From Chrysomallon squamiferum (taxonomy: Eukaryota; Animalia; Mollusca), in the NCBI GenBank assembly GCA_012295275.1, contig CM022673.1, forward strand, positions 8,432,001-8,496,000: a DNA stretch of 64,000 nt, given 5' to 3'. The notes under the pieces are model-generated. The model had not been told where the DNA came from. It saw nothing but the letters and a program-made list of their open reading frames with translations, and made no database searches. The number at the start of each line of letters is the position of its first letter. Position 1 is the stretch's first letter. Below are positions 51,499 through 64,000 of the stretch, piece after piece. Position numbers and translations under genes: made by a program.

Positions 51499-52779
51499 AT
51501 TAAGAAGAAGAAGAAGAAGAAGAAGATGTAGAAGAAAGAAGAAGAAGAAGAAGTAGGAGAAGAAGAAGAAGAAGTAGAAGAAAGAAAGAAGACCAATATC
51601 ACCACCAATACTTCTGTAACTACTAATACTCTTTAAAGGATTTTAAAATCATTTTTCTTGATAAAGACTGGCAGAAAAGAAAGAGTCAGCTGGGTGAATC
51701 TGTACAAGACAGAGCAACAGGAATGAGAGACATATATGGAGCAACAGAAAAACAGAATATTGCAAAATAAAGATAGAGCGCAGAGATGGAGGTGTATAAT
51801 GCTAACACACAAACATGCATTTATGTGTGTATGCATATGTGTGTTATCTTTGAACATTCATCATCATTCGTTTTACCTGATACGCCTCCTGCCACATAAA
51901 CTCCCAGTACGACGCCAATAGCCCAGGACCAGTTGACTGACAGCATGGAACCCGATCTGCCATTACTGAGTACAAACTGAGCATTGGAACCAAGTCCGAA
52001 CACCTGAAGAAAACAAAGAGCAAAACAGTATATTCCAAACATTACTTATATTAAACTGAATACAAAAATCTCGCATATTCAGATATTCATATATTCTCCC
52101 ATATATGCGAGATATTTATATTTACAGTTTATATATATATATATATTATGATATATATATATATATATATATGCGAGATATTTATATTTACAGTTTATAT
52201 ATATATATATATTATGATATAGGCTACCTATATGTAAATGCACACATTGTTTTGTTCATTCAGCGAAAGACGCATTCCTATTTTAACTTGTTATCGTCCT
52301 CACGTTATGTTGTATTAGCCTGTTATTTGAACATAAATATTATAAAGTATCGGTTTTGTTCAAAATGCAAGAGCTCGAGAATTTAAATTGTTTTGGCAGT
52401 CACAGTTAGCGTGCATGTGTCCTCTACAGGAGTACCGAGGCATAAGACCAGCGGAACGTTGTGTATAGTCAATTGTTTCCTTCTATAATTGTGCATAATA
52501 TTTCAATTTAATTAACAACTCGGTTTCTATAAATACTGTGGACTGGCATTCTGACATAGCTGTAGATATGGTAGTAGTAGAAACAGCAGTAATGATATTA
52601 ATAAAAAAAAAAAAAAACGTAACACTATTAATAGTGATAGTAATGGTAATGGTAGCATAAGTAGTAGTAGTAGCAGTAGCAGTTGTAGTAGTAATGTTAT
52701 TATTAGTAGTAGTAGCAGCAGTATTAACAGTAGTAGTACTAGTAGTAGTACTGGTAGTATTAGCAGTAGAAGTAGTAAC

Positions 52780-52815
<36 letters not shown>

Positions 52816-53135
52816 ATTAGTAGTAGTAGTGGTAAATGCAGAATAATGATTAAAGTAACGAAAGACCGGAATCAAAAAAAAAAAAAAACATATATATATG
52901 TATATAATATTAACTACAAAGAAACGAGATTACATAATTGTATCAAATGGTTTCGCCTGCAGACAGAGTTACACAATTAACGTTTCGCGTGCATGGATAC
53001 CGAGAAGGTGATTTAAAAATAACTCACCATCAAAATGAACGTTCCCAGAGCTTCTGCTAGGAATTCTCTGAGCCTGGGATGATTGTGAATTCTTATTTTA
53101 TCCTGGCAACTTATTCTTTTCGGCCTCGTCGACAT
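49008..53135 (-). CDS. Aquaglyceroporin (AQP3/7/9/10, GlpF-like MIP channel), paralogue A, 296 aa
   Basis: Exons on minus strand: 53135-53028, 52003-51877, 51092-50955, 50677-50559, 50152-49935, 49515-49361, 49033-49008; all GT-AG and in phase. Motifs: REFLAEALGTFILM, GVSGGHINPAVT, TAGIWGTYP, GHNCGYAINPARDLSPR, WFWVPVLGPHIGA. NPARD and the long loop C mark it as an aquaglyceroporin. The last exon (DEHETKEI*) is supported by its counterpart in paralogue B; without it the CDS ends at 49353. Confidence 0.95.
52101..52221. repeat. Tandem duplication of ~65 bp in intron 1 of paralogue A
   Basis: atgcgagatatttatatttacagtttatatatatatatatattatgatat occurs twice. Confidence 0.85.
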
Positions 53136-53955
53136 GACACTTGCTAGCGAAAAAAGTGTGACTTACACTTCTACAGACAAAAGCAGTCAGTAGTAGTCTA
53201 TTACAGGGTAATTATAGGCAATATTCGACATAAAAGGCCGTGTTAGACTCTTCACATGTTGCTCCAGTTATGTCAGTAATTGTGGCCTTATCGACATGGG
53301 AAAAAAAAAAAAAAAAAAAAAGGACTATATTTCTAGGTTAGCCGTTTCTGCTATATGTCGGACGGCTATCAGAGTAAAAAGGTTTTTAACTGCGGTTATT
53401 TTTAACTTTTATGTTTCGACATATGTTTCCAGACAATGGCGTTGATCAGAAACTGAGTTCGTTTACAAGTTAAGTTTAGTTCAGGGGTTGAAGCGGACAG
53501 ATGGTCAAGAAATCAGAGTGCGTCCCTCAAGTTAGTAGAGATTTATTTGTTTTTTTTCAGTTCATGAGAAGGTGCATATAAAACATATCTAGCTGCTGAT
53601 CGATAGCAACAACCGATGATTCAGTTAATGCGGGTTTCATTTCTTGTAAAATGTTGTTACACAGACAAAAAAAAGAGTGTTTGAGTAATAACCGGCAGTA
53701 TTATAATATGATGATAATTCGTTAATATCCAATTATTCATTCTGATTCACAAAAGAGAAAAAAGAAAACTTGTCTTCTGTCATGCTCAGCAGATTTTTGG
53801 TTTAATGGATGTGAATGTTGTTTTATGTTCAGAATTATCGAGTTCCACGTAACAGATGTAGAATTTGTAACATTACAACTAGAAGAGCATGTTGTATTCA
53901 GATTATAAAACAGTTTATGTAGAATAAAAATTATATTTTGGCATATTCAGACTAA

Positions 53956-54073
<118 letters not shown>

Positions 54074-54708
54074 ACTTTATTCCTTTTTATTTATATAGGC
54101 CTATACACTTCATAGTGCACGGACGCCATTAATTTAATTACAGTTCTGAATACTATTACTGGGTTAATGCTAGAAAGGTTCACTTGGTTATCAGAGGATA
54201 ATTAAATCTGTTGACCTTACAGATCTTGAAAACATTGTTTGACTAGCTGCGATGTGGTCGACAGTCATCTTACTACGGGTGTTATTTCAACGAAAGCTTG
54301 ACTGGGTCAGTAACTACAGCGACATTTGTTGTTGAATGTTTCAAAAATAATATTGATTGTGTTAACAGATGGAGTGTTAAATCGCTCATTATCCTTATTT
54401 TTATGTATTGTTATTGTTGTTACCACTATTATTATTATTGTTGTTTTGTTGTTGTTGTTATTGCCGTTGTTGTCGTCATCATAATCATTACTGTTGTTAT
54501 CATCATCATATCCTTACACATTATTTGACATATGCATTTCTTACACAATATAGGCCTGCCTTTAGCCTTGTGGTTAGATCACTCACCTAAATTATGCTCA
54601 GACGTGGCGTAAGTTAACCTCTCAATGTTAATGAAACCGTTCACAAATATGTTCCGCTGTGCCAATGACCATTCAGATAAAAATATGCTAAAGCCTATGG
54701 TGTATGAT

Positions 54709-54744
<36 letters not shown>

Positions 54745-55277
54745 TATAATTTTCTTAATGGTTTTTTGTTGTTGTTATTGTTTTGGGGGGGGGGGTTTTT
54801 TTTTTTTTTTTTTTTTTTTTTGTTGTTTTAAACATATCTATGAACAAATCAGGTTTTGGAGAGAGAAAAAAGAAGAGAAAACAAAAGAACAATAATGGTT
54901 AAAATATGCTGAAAATTATTTATCATTTAGACTAGTCCTGGTCGCATCCTCTCTGTTCTGTTTTAATTATAAACAAGGCAAAGGACAACAAAAGAAATAT
55001 TTATATTTATTTACAAAAGCTAATAATAAAAATGCATTCCTAACTATTTAGGCTTTAGCAAGAATAATTCAGTTAGTATAGATTATACATTCAGCGCATG
55101 GTGCCTTTCATGTTTAATGATTTTTGTAATTCACTTTGATGGCGAAATAATTTTCCCGCTTCCAGCAAAATATTTATTCTTCGAATGCTCCAAGGTCACG
55201 TGACCATTACGTCATTCATAAGAGCTGCGGATAGATATAATAACGTATTTTTCAACACGGGTAGGTTATTCCTGATA

Positions 55278-55441
55278 TTAGTTAATTGTTTCAATCTCAT
55301 GTCCTTCTGAAAATAAATGTTATTAAATTAATCACTTAAGCATCATATGTGTGTTTGAAATTAATAAACTTAGTGAAAATTTAAGGGAACTTTAATCTTT
55401 AACGGAAAAGTATCAGCTTCTAGTATTCTTGTTATATTTAA

Positions 55442-55478
<37 letters not shown>

Positions 55479-55857
55479 TGAGTTAGAGGACAGCTTGTAT
55501 TCAGTGAACATGACATGATAACAGTAACAATAACAATTTAAAAATGCGACAAACATTCAAATGTATGAATGAACGATTACTCAGTTTGATGACTAACGGC
55601 TTTCAGGAAAAAAAAAAAAAAAACAGAGAAAAAAGAAAAATGTATAAAATGAATATTGTTATATTATTTTAATTCTGCACGTTTGTGTCTGATTCACACT
55701 CCTATGCGCATCCATTTTTCATGGAAATATACAAAGGCATGTTAATGCATAAGCATAATACTTCATAACCATACATAAATGGTACGGGCATACCAAATCA
55801 GTTCAGTTTCTGTGTACAATGTCGATTTTTACTGATGTGTGTCTATGTGTGTGTGTG

Positions 55858-55953
<96 letters not shown>

Positions 55954-56782
55954 TATTTTCATTAATCTGGATTATGAATGTTTAACTATTTACTAGAAAA
56001 CGTTTATAACTGTATTTCCAACAAATCATTCATATACCTAAACTGTTCAACATCCCGTCTTTTCCTTCCCTGTCGTCGTCTTCTTCTTCTGTGGCTGGCC
56101 AGTGGTGCTCAACGCAGTATTTGTACGTGAAAGCCCCCAGCACAGCGCCAATGTGAGGTCCCATGATTGGCACCCAGAACCAGTTGAAATCACGGAATCT
56201 GAACATTCAGGAAAAATTCGTTTGATAGAGTAAAACAGATGAACTGTGGTGTCAGCATGATGATAGAAAACAACAGGTTAAAGGCCTGGACATACGTGTT
56301 TATTTTATTTAACGTCTTTCAGTCTAAAAAACACTTTTAAAACAAAATTAATTTATAATTTGCAAAGGTTAAAATTAATAGGAAAACAGATGACGTTATT
56401 CTTTAGAATGTGTAATTACTAGTATTTCAAAGCTGCTATAAAATTGTTTTCTATAATTTGAAAGGTCACAAATTTTTTTTTTTTTTTTTTTTGAAGCGAG
56501 TAAATTATTTTGCTTACCACGAAATACATATCGAACAGTTAATGTTCAGCCCAGATAAAAAATGTCCCAGAGATGCAATTTTAAGATTTTGGCTTATTGT
56601 GTCATTGCAGTGTAATAATACATAGAAACCATGTGCTCGAAAACGGTACACAGTCTTTAAGGCAGGAAGGAATCATTTGTAACGTTTTATCTTTGATTTT
56701 CTCAGATTATGAAAAATGACGTATCATGGTTATTCTCTAAGCAACCATTTCTATTTTTATTTTATATATTTATTTATCTTTA

Positions 56783-56814
<32 letters not shown>

Positions 56815-57208
56815 GCCCTCTGGATAAAGACATATAAGAAAGGTAATGATTCAAAACTAATTATCACTTATAGAATGATGCAAAGCTTTTGTTGACGAAC
56901 TACTTTAACTCACGATGAAATACAATTTAAAGCTGGTGATACGACTAACGTATTTTGTGACAATAAGAAGATATTGTGACAGAGGAGATAACAACAAATA
57001 CCTGGGTTTGGCAAAGTTGGAGGTGCTGGTCAAAACAAGCAAGGACACGCATTTCAGGAATGAAAACTGCATGTAGTGTTAAAAGTAAATACTGATAACA
57101 GACTGTTAGCTCATAATTGTAAACAATCATTTAGTTTTTCACCTCTCCTCAAAGAACCCAAATCTACACAGAATTTGATAAAATTATCTTGAGTGTGAAA
57201 AATAGTAA

Positions 57209-57243
<35 letters not shown>

Positions 57244-57938
57244 TTGTTTACATACGAAAGTACTTCTTGACCCCAGCCTGCCATCCACGTGAAGATTCGT
57301 GGAGAGAGGTCACGTGCTGGGTTGATTGCGTAACCGCAGTTGTGACCAAAAGACATGCCTATCCCGAATACAATGAGACCAATCGGAAACGGAGAAAACC
57401 CGGATGACGGCGCCATGTTTTTCTTATCGGTGATTGCCAGAATGCAAATTAGAAGAAGCGCCGTAGACACGATCTAAAAAGAAAGAAAAATAACAACAGT
57501 AATAACAATAGTAACAGTAGTAGTAGTAGAATTAGAAGGAGGAGGAAACTACTTGTCATAAAACGGATAAATGAAATAATTAATTAAGAATGTGAAATTA
57601 AAGATACATTAAAAGAATACCGTAAAACTTGCCCCTGGATTTCATCTAATATGAGTTAACTTTGTAATTTAAATTTTGTTCAGGAAAATGTTTTTAATCT
57701 GCTTCTGGCTATATTTACCTGATCGCCAAAACTATTCAAAGTGGAGATTTCGGGACGTGGATATGTGCTCCATATTCCTGCTGTTGCCGTTTTTCCTACA
57801 ACACTTCTTACCCCACCATCATAAGCACTTAAAGCGTCTGTATGTCATCAGTATTATTATTATTAATAACAACAACAACAATAATAATATATAGATATAT
57901 ATAATAATTTATAGATATATATATATAGATGGAGAGAA

Positions 57939-58001
<63 letters not shown>

Positions 58002-58788
58002 TAGATAGATAATGCAGATAGATAATCATAATGCAACAATGTTTTTAGACAAAATTATATTTTAAAAGACAATGAAAATAACAAAATAAAATAAATAATA
58101 TTTTTTCAAATTATAATTAAGACATGTAATAATAAATTAAATTTTTTGTTCTTTTGTTTTCTGTTGGGGTTTTCTTCTGGGGGGTTTTTACGTTTAAATG
58201 ATTTGGCCATTTTTCTGATTGCATAAGGATGTAGTTAACATGAAAGTTATAGTTCTACTTAATTAAAATAATTAACATCGAAGAATTCAAAATAGTTAAT
58301 CATTGTAATTAAAAAAAATGTGCATTAAATGATTAACTATTTTAACATTCTAATTGCATGAAATACCTGTGTATACCAAGTAAATGCACACCGAAGCAAG
58401 AAAACTTCCCAAATATTGTGCAATGATGTACACTGGAAGCTTTTTCAAATACAGTCGACCAAGAAAAGCTTGAGCTACCGTCACAGCAGGATTTAAATGA
58501 CCGCCTGAAAATAATTGAAGCATATATAATTAACTCAACCGTAAAAATATGAAAATATACCTGCTTAGCTAGGTGGTTGCGTGTTTCAGCGCATGTGTGA
58601 TATAGAGGTGTATGATATGTATATATTTCTTATGAAGATGTCTTGGTTCAAAATGGTGGAAGAGTCGTTATACTTGTTTTAATAGCTTCCTATCTAAACA
58701 TAGATGAGGTAAAAATAAAGCATATATACGCAGCTACGGAAAGAGGGATAGACACACACACGTACAAACACACACACACACACACACG

Positions 58789-58887
<99 letters not shown>

Positions 58888-59577
58888 AACACAGGTATAA
58901 TGTATTCATGTTAAATATGTATCCGTTATATGCCAACTGTTTTTAAGCACTATCCTACTACTAAAAGTACCACATCCGGGTAACATAACCTGAAACGCCT
59001 CCTGCTACGTAGACTCCCATTGTTACGCCAATGCCCCAGGTCCAGTTGATTGACAGCATGGATCCCGTTTGGCCTTTACTCAGCATGCACTGGGCATTAG
59101 AACCAAGCCCGAACATCTAAATAAAAAAGATAAAAAATAATGTTTAAAATACTAATGAGAATGACAACAGCAAAAACAACAACCAGTAAATGTTTTACCA
59201 ATGAAAATTACATTCTTATAAAATAAATAAATAAATAAATAATGAAAATTAACATTAAGAGGGCCTACATATTAGTCTTACTGCCATTAGATATAATTTG
59301 ATTAAACACTGCCTGGGAATAACCACAGATAATGCAGGGTGTTTTGCAGACAAACTGGTATTTAAACAAACCCGGCGATTATCGCGCGGGAATCATTTTT
59401 TAAACTGTTTCGGTCAAAGAGCGCAGCTATTACTCACGTTATATGCAACACGCACTGATTAGATGAAACTGTATCACTCACCATTAAAATAAAAGTGCCG
59501 AGGCTTTCAGCGAGAAAATCTCTAACAAGCGGATGATTGTGAAGTTTTATTTTGTTCTTGCATCTTGTTGCGTTCAT
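55278..59577 (-). CDS. Aquaglyceroporin (AQP3/7/9/10, GlpF-like MIP channel), paralogue B, 295 aa
   Basis: Exons on minus strand: 59577-59482, 59116-58990, 58504-58367, 57837-57719, 57473-57256, 56198-56038, 55306-55278. Internal exon sizes 127/138/119/218 nt are identical to paralogue A. Motifs: RDFLAESLGTFILM, GGHLNPAVT, TAGIWSTYP, GHNCGYAINPARDLSPR, WFWVPIMGPHIGA, acidic tail TEEEDDDRE. Confidence 0.95.
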
Positions 59578-61714
59578 TTCCAACGGTTTGACAGGTGCCG
59601 GCAGGAAAGCTGGACTCCCTCGGTTGAATTGCACTCAGTAGTCAACGTAACTTGATGTAACATACGTTAATTATTGCATTCGATCCAAACGTTCTATCGC
59701 CTACGTAATACAGCGCACTTGTTATGTCAATATTAACACTTTGTCGTCAGCAAAGCCTAATAGTTTACGTCGCATTTGATTTGTTTGACACTGAGCAGGG
59801 GCCTTAAATATAAGTCAGACAGGTATGTCTTTCGCATTCCCATTTTTTTTTGATATTTCCTTGCTGTTTTCGAATATTACCAAGTTACCGAATGCTGTCA
59901 GCAACCATAAAGATGTTCAGATACTACAACGAATTAAAACCGGTTCGGTAAACTGAGGCAAAGAAAGTCAAATGTGTGGGAGTTATCTCCCGGAAAAGGC
60001 GGGCTGTTCCTTTGTTTGCATGTCAGAAGAACTGCTCAAGCACATCGGGGTAAAAGATACAAAGTTATCTGGTGCATGTTCTAATAGAGATATGTGTTTT
60101 ATATATATATATATAAACCGTATTTCGTTCAGGAGGAATGAACAAAATTAATAAACAATTTAAAAAGAAATATCCAATCATTGCCAAAACTAATATTTTG
60201 ATATAAAAAATAATAATAATAATAAAAACTATTGTTTTTTAAAGCTACAATAATTATATTTGTGTTATTTTGGTATACTGTAAAATCATAAATAATGTCG
60301 AGAAATCTTGGTTCTGTTTAGTTAAAGTGTATATTTGGAGTCACAAATGGGAATTTTTAAATTATTTTATTTATTTAGTATATTAAAAAAATAGAAAAGA
60401 AAAGAAAAAGAAGAAAAAAGTATTATGATTATTATTATTTTTTATCCTGCCCCTCCCGTTTTGCCATTATCTGGTCTTGAATGCAAACATACTGACTATA
60501 CTTTATAAAACGTTACCAATGATAAAAAAATCAGCAGTTGATCGAATGATTCCATTTTTCAACTCAATCTAAAAGTTAAAAATCTTTATTATAGGAAAAT
60601 TAATTGAATTTTGTATTATTGTTGATTTTTTGTGCCTATATATGTAAGTATGTATATAGATTTCTTTAATTTACTTTATTTATTTTTATGCACAAAAATT
60701 AATATCCTGGGATAGGCTGTGTGTGTATGTGTGTGTCTTTTAAATACATTATTCATATTAAATCGTCGCGAATAAAAAAAAAAAAAAAGACCAGAAGAAG
60801 AAGTATGACAATAAACTGTTATAAATGACTGGTACTACGTATTTGCGAACATAAAGGGCAGCCTAAAAACTGAAAATAAACGTTTTAATTACGAACATCT
60901 GTATTATGTATATTATAAATTCATAAAAGAAAAATATATTTATAATGTTGAGCTTTATTATGTACGTATAATTATATCCAATTTACATAATATGTAAACA
61001 AACGGTGATATCAAATACACTGACAACTTTCTGTCCCAAAATTCATGATTGTTGACATTTTCACGTTTGGTTGATTTCCATTTATGAGGATTTAATTTAT
61101 GGTACGATACCGTATGCAGTTATTACATCCGGTTGCTCTAATCACCGGAATGAGTCGATATAGACCATAATATTACCGAAAAGAACTGGTAAACAGTTCT
61201 ATATTCACTGTAGCTTTAAGCTGAATTTTTAATGATGCATTTAAATATAATTAACATGTTTAAAAAGTGTTTCTTTGCTATTGTTTTTATTATTCAAGTA
61301 AAGTCTAGGATAACGTAAAAAAGTTTTGATTGATTTAGAAAGCATAATCACTGCATTTCTAATGTTACGATCAATGAAATTATATTTATGGCTATTTATT
61401 AAATTATTACAAAAATGCTTACACATAATACATTTTCTTTGTGTTTAAACTATAACTGTTATAGTGAGTAGTATTTAAAAAATAAAAAATAAAATTATAA
61501 TAATAAAAATAAAATAAAATAATAAAGTAAATAAAATAACAATAAGATATAATACTTTAAAAATAGAAGTTTAATTCAGCTTAGCATTTTTATATGTTTT
61601 TGTTTTTTCTACTTTTCAATGATTTTTTTCGTTCTCTCGTCATGTAGAGCATGTAACGTATTCTGCTTTTCTCGGTTATATGTGGAAAATACGGTAATTC
61701 ATTTACACCATTAT

Positions 61715-61760
61715 TTCCGTTAACTTCCGTTACGTGGGTTTGCAGTTTCCCGCACGTTTT
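61715..61760 (+). promoter_or_regulatory. Likely housekeeping-type promoter of the PA28 gene
   Basis: CpG-containing patch about 80-110 nt upstream of the ATG, with an ETS-like ACTTCCG and an E2F consensus TTTCCCGC (61746-61753). Confidence 0.45.
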
Positions 61761-61830
61761 TTCCTTAATTTTTATTTTTAATAAACAACATTTGTTTTTA
61801 TTTTATTTTATTTGTAACTAAATAAACAAA

Positions 61831-63888
61831 ATGCCAAAACAAAAATGCAGTGAAAAAGATTCTGATGAAACCAAGCAGGTAAAAAACTGAAAGATATTAT
61901 TAAATTGACATTCTGAAGAAAATCAACAAAGTCTAGTGTAACTGTAAGACTAAGTATAAATTAATATTTCAACAGATATTCATTTTGCTTCAGAATAGCA
62001 GAGCATCACGACTGGCATCTGTCAGTTCAGTCAATGTTGTTTAATTTTCTTACGAAGTTATAGTAGTTTATATATCAAACGTTGATGAATTAAATATGAA
62101 TCGGTCATAAATCACGATTATTTAATGATTTATAGTTTAAAGTTTATTCCATATGACACTACTGTACTACATCATAGTACTATTATCTCTTATGATGATC
62201 ATCATTTTTTATGGGTTGCGAATAGTATGTCTTATAAAGTTACACTTTGTGCTATAATTATAAATATTTTATTAATGTTTGTTCTATTACTACTTTACTA
62301 GGTAGCGGAATTTATTGAAAAGTGCAAGAGAGATGTAAGTATTAAAATTGATCTATTAATATAACTCTTAGGTATAGCCTCTCTTACACTGGTAAGAGTC
62401 TTAGGTAATATCTTAAAATCAACAGACATAGTTATGATAGTAATAATTTCATTCTTAAAACAGTTATACTAATTTACCAGGATTTAGTAAACATATGTAT
62501 TTATTTATTTTTATTTTTTAATGTATTATTATTTTTTCATTTTATTGCACAATGAATTACTACTTAACATATCTGAGTTTTCAGAAAGATATATTTTGTT
62601 TTCCAGAAATTTTTAATTCAAGCACTTTGAAATTCCTTAATGTATATATTTTTGAACTTTCATATGATCACTGAACAAACAAATGACAAAGTAATATATT
62701 CTTTAAAATTATAATTAGATGCAAATGTTAGTTTCTTTTTAAAAATCCTCCTTCTTACTTATTCAGTTTAAAATGCATTAAACCTCTGTCTAGTCATTTA
62801 TATTGTGCAGTTTAATATATATAGTGGTCTCCCCAGCATTTGTTAAAGATATGGAGGGAATTCGTGTAACTGGTGCAAGTTAAACAAAGGGATAATATAG
62901 AAAATGGTACTAGTTTTTAGAACAATGTTCAGATTACTTATTTATCAGAAATACTACTATAAATAATTGCATTAAATACACTAACTATTAACAAGTTTAT
63001 TTTATTTGCAGTTAAATAAAATCAAAGTGTTTGTTTAATTTATCATACAAAACAAAAGTTCACAAAATAAACAGGTGGTGGATATTACTGCTGTTGCCAA
63101 CGAATGGCAGGTGAACTTGTCATAAGCCATAAGGGATGGCAGGCCTCATCTCTTACAGTATGTAGCAAGACCTCTGATATATATATATATATATATAAAA
63201 CATCTATGTATTCGGATAATACTTTTATTACATAATTTTTTGTTTTTATTCCACAGGCTGAAACTCTTGTCAGGGAAGTATTTCCAAAGAAGATTTTGGA
63301 ACTTGAGGCTATTCACAAGGTAATCTGCAGTGTTGACTGTAAACTTTATTTTAATGTCAGAAGTGTGTTAGGATGAGAGCAGATGAGTTTTACGCATTGT
63401 AAGTGGGTGGATCAGTTTTCTTTAGTCCAAACTTGAGTCATTGCCACTCCAATCATTGCTTATAACGTTATGATATCTAGTTATGGCAAGGTATAAGCAA
63501 AGTATCCCTTGATATTAATAACAGTAGCTTTTGAGAGGTTTTAGCAAATTGTTTCTTTGTTTCACTGTACACAGTATGTATGACTAACATCTGATAACCA
63601 TTAATAGAAAGTATGTTGGAATGTCTTTAAATATTCGTTATTTCAGTGAATTTCATTTGTGCTGAAACTGGTTGTTCGTGTTCATAATAACTGAAAATTA
63701 TGTGTTCTGTGTAAAACCATTGGAATGATCTTTTTTAACTAGAAATGCATGTTTACAAACATAATGTAGGTGCTAATGTATTTCTGTTCTTCTGATTTTA
63801 GGAACTGGCAGAAAAGGATTTCTCAAAACTGACATGCGACGTAAATATTCCTATTCCAGAACCAGTCTGTGTTGATAATGAAGATGAG
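61831..63888 (+). CDS. PSME3: Proteasome activator PA28/REG-gamma-like subunit, 5' part (exons 1-4; gene continues beyond the window)
   Basis: Phase-0 exons 61831-61878 (MPKQKCSEKDSDETKQ), 62302-62334 (VAEFIEKCKRD), 63257-63319 (AETLVREVFPKKILELEAIHK), 63802-63888 (ELAEKDFSKLTCDVNIPIPEPVCVDNEDE). Matches the PA28 N-terminal pattern AExLVxxxFPKKxLEL...DxNxPxPxP; human PSME3 reads AEDLVANFFPKKLLEL...DMNLPVPDP. Confidence 0.88.
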
Positions 63889-64000
63889 GTATTAATATCA
63901 GAGTTGAAGCTAGGCTAGAAGTAGAAATATAGAGAGAAGTCACTTCTCCCTTTAGACGTATTAGGGTGATGTGAGGTTTTGTGAAGACCAAATGAGACAA

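Noticed and set aside
59578-59634. N-terminal extension of aquaglyceroporin B suggested by the ORF track
   Set aside because: It starts at a non-ATG codon. The ATG at 59577 gives an N-terminus comparable in length to paralogue A.

Overview
AT-rich, microsatellite-saturated eukaryotic DNA with GT-AG spliceosomal introns. It is metazoan, and the repeat style suggests a mollusc, probably a gastropod (inference only). Almost all entries in the ORF track are simple-repeat artefacts. By reading splice sites by hand I reconstructed four genes in the right-hand 24 kb: (1) a 9-exon secreted GH18 chitinase-family gene on + (40733-47713, 392 aa) with an intact DxxDxDxE motif but a remodelled substrate cleft and no chitin-binding domain; (2, 3) two complete tandem 7-exon aquaglyceroporins on - (49008-53135, 296 aa; 55278-59577, 295 aa); (4) the first four exons of a PA28/PSME3-like proteasome activator on + (61831 onward, truncated by the window). 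The left 40 kb has no recognisable protein domain. It looks like the 5' regulatory and intronic region of a large minus-strand gene, with candidate alternative first exons, candidate micro-exons and a ~130-bp inverted repeat. Best leads: a 65-nt identical tract over the second NPA/selectivity filter of two otherwise synonymously saturated aquaglyceroporins (localised gene conversion), a shared alternative C-terminus in both paralogues, and a GH18 that has lost its SxGGW motif and aromatic cleft residues.
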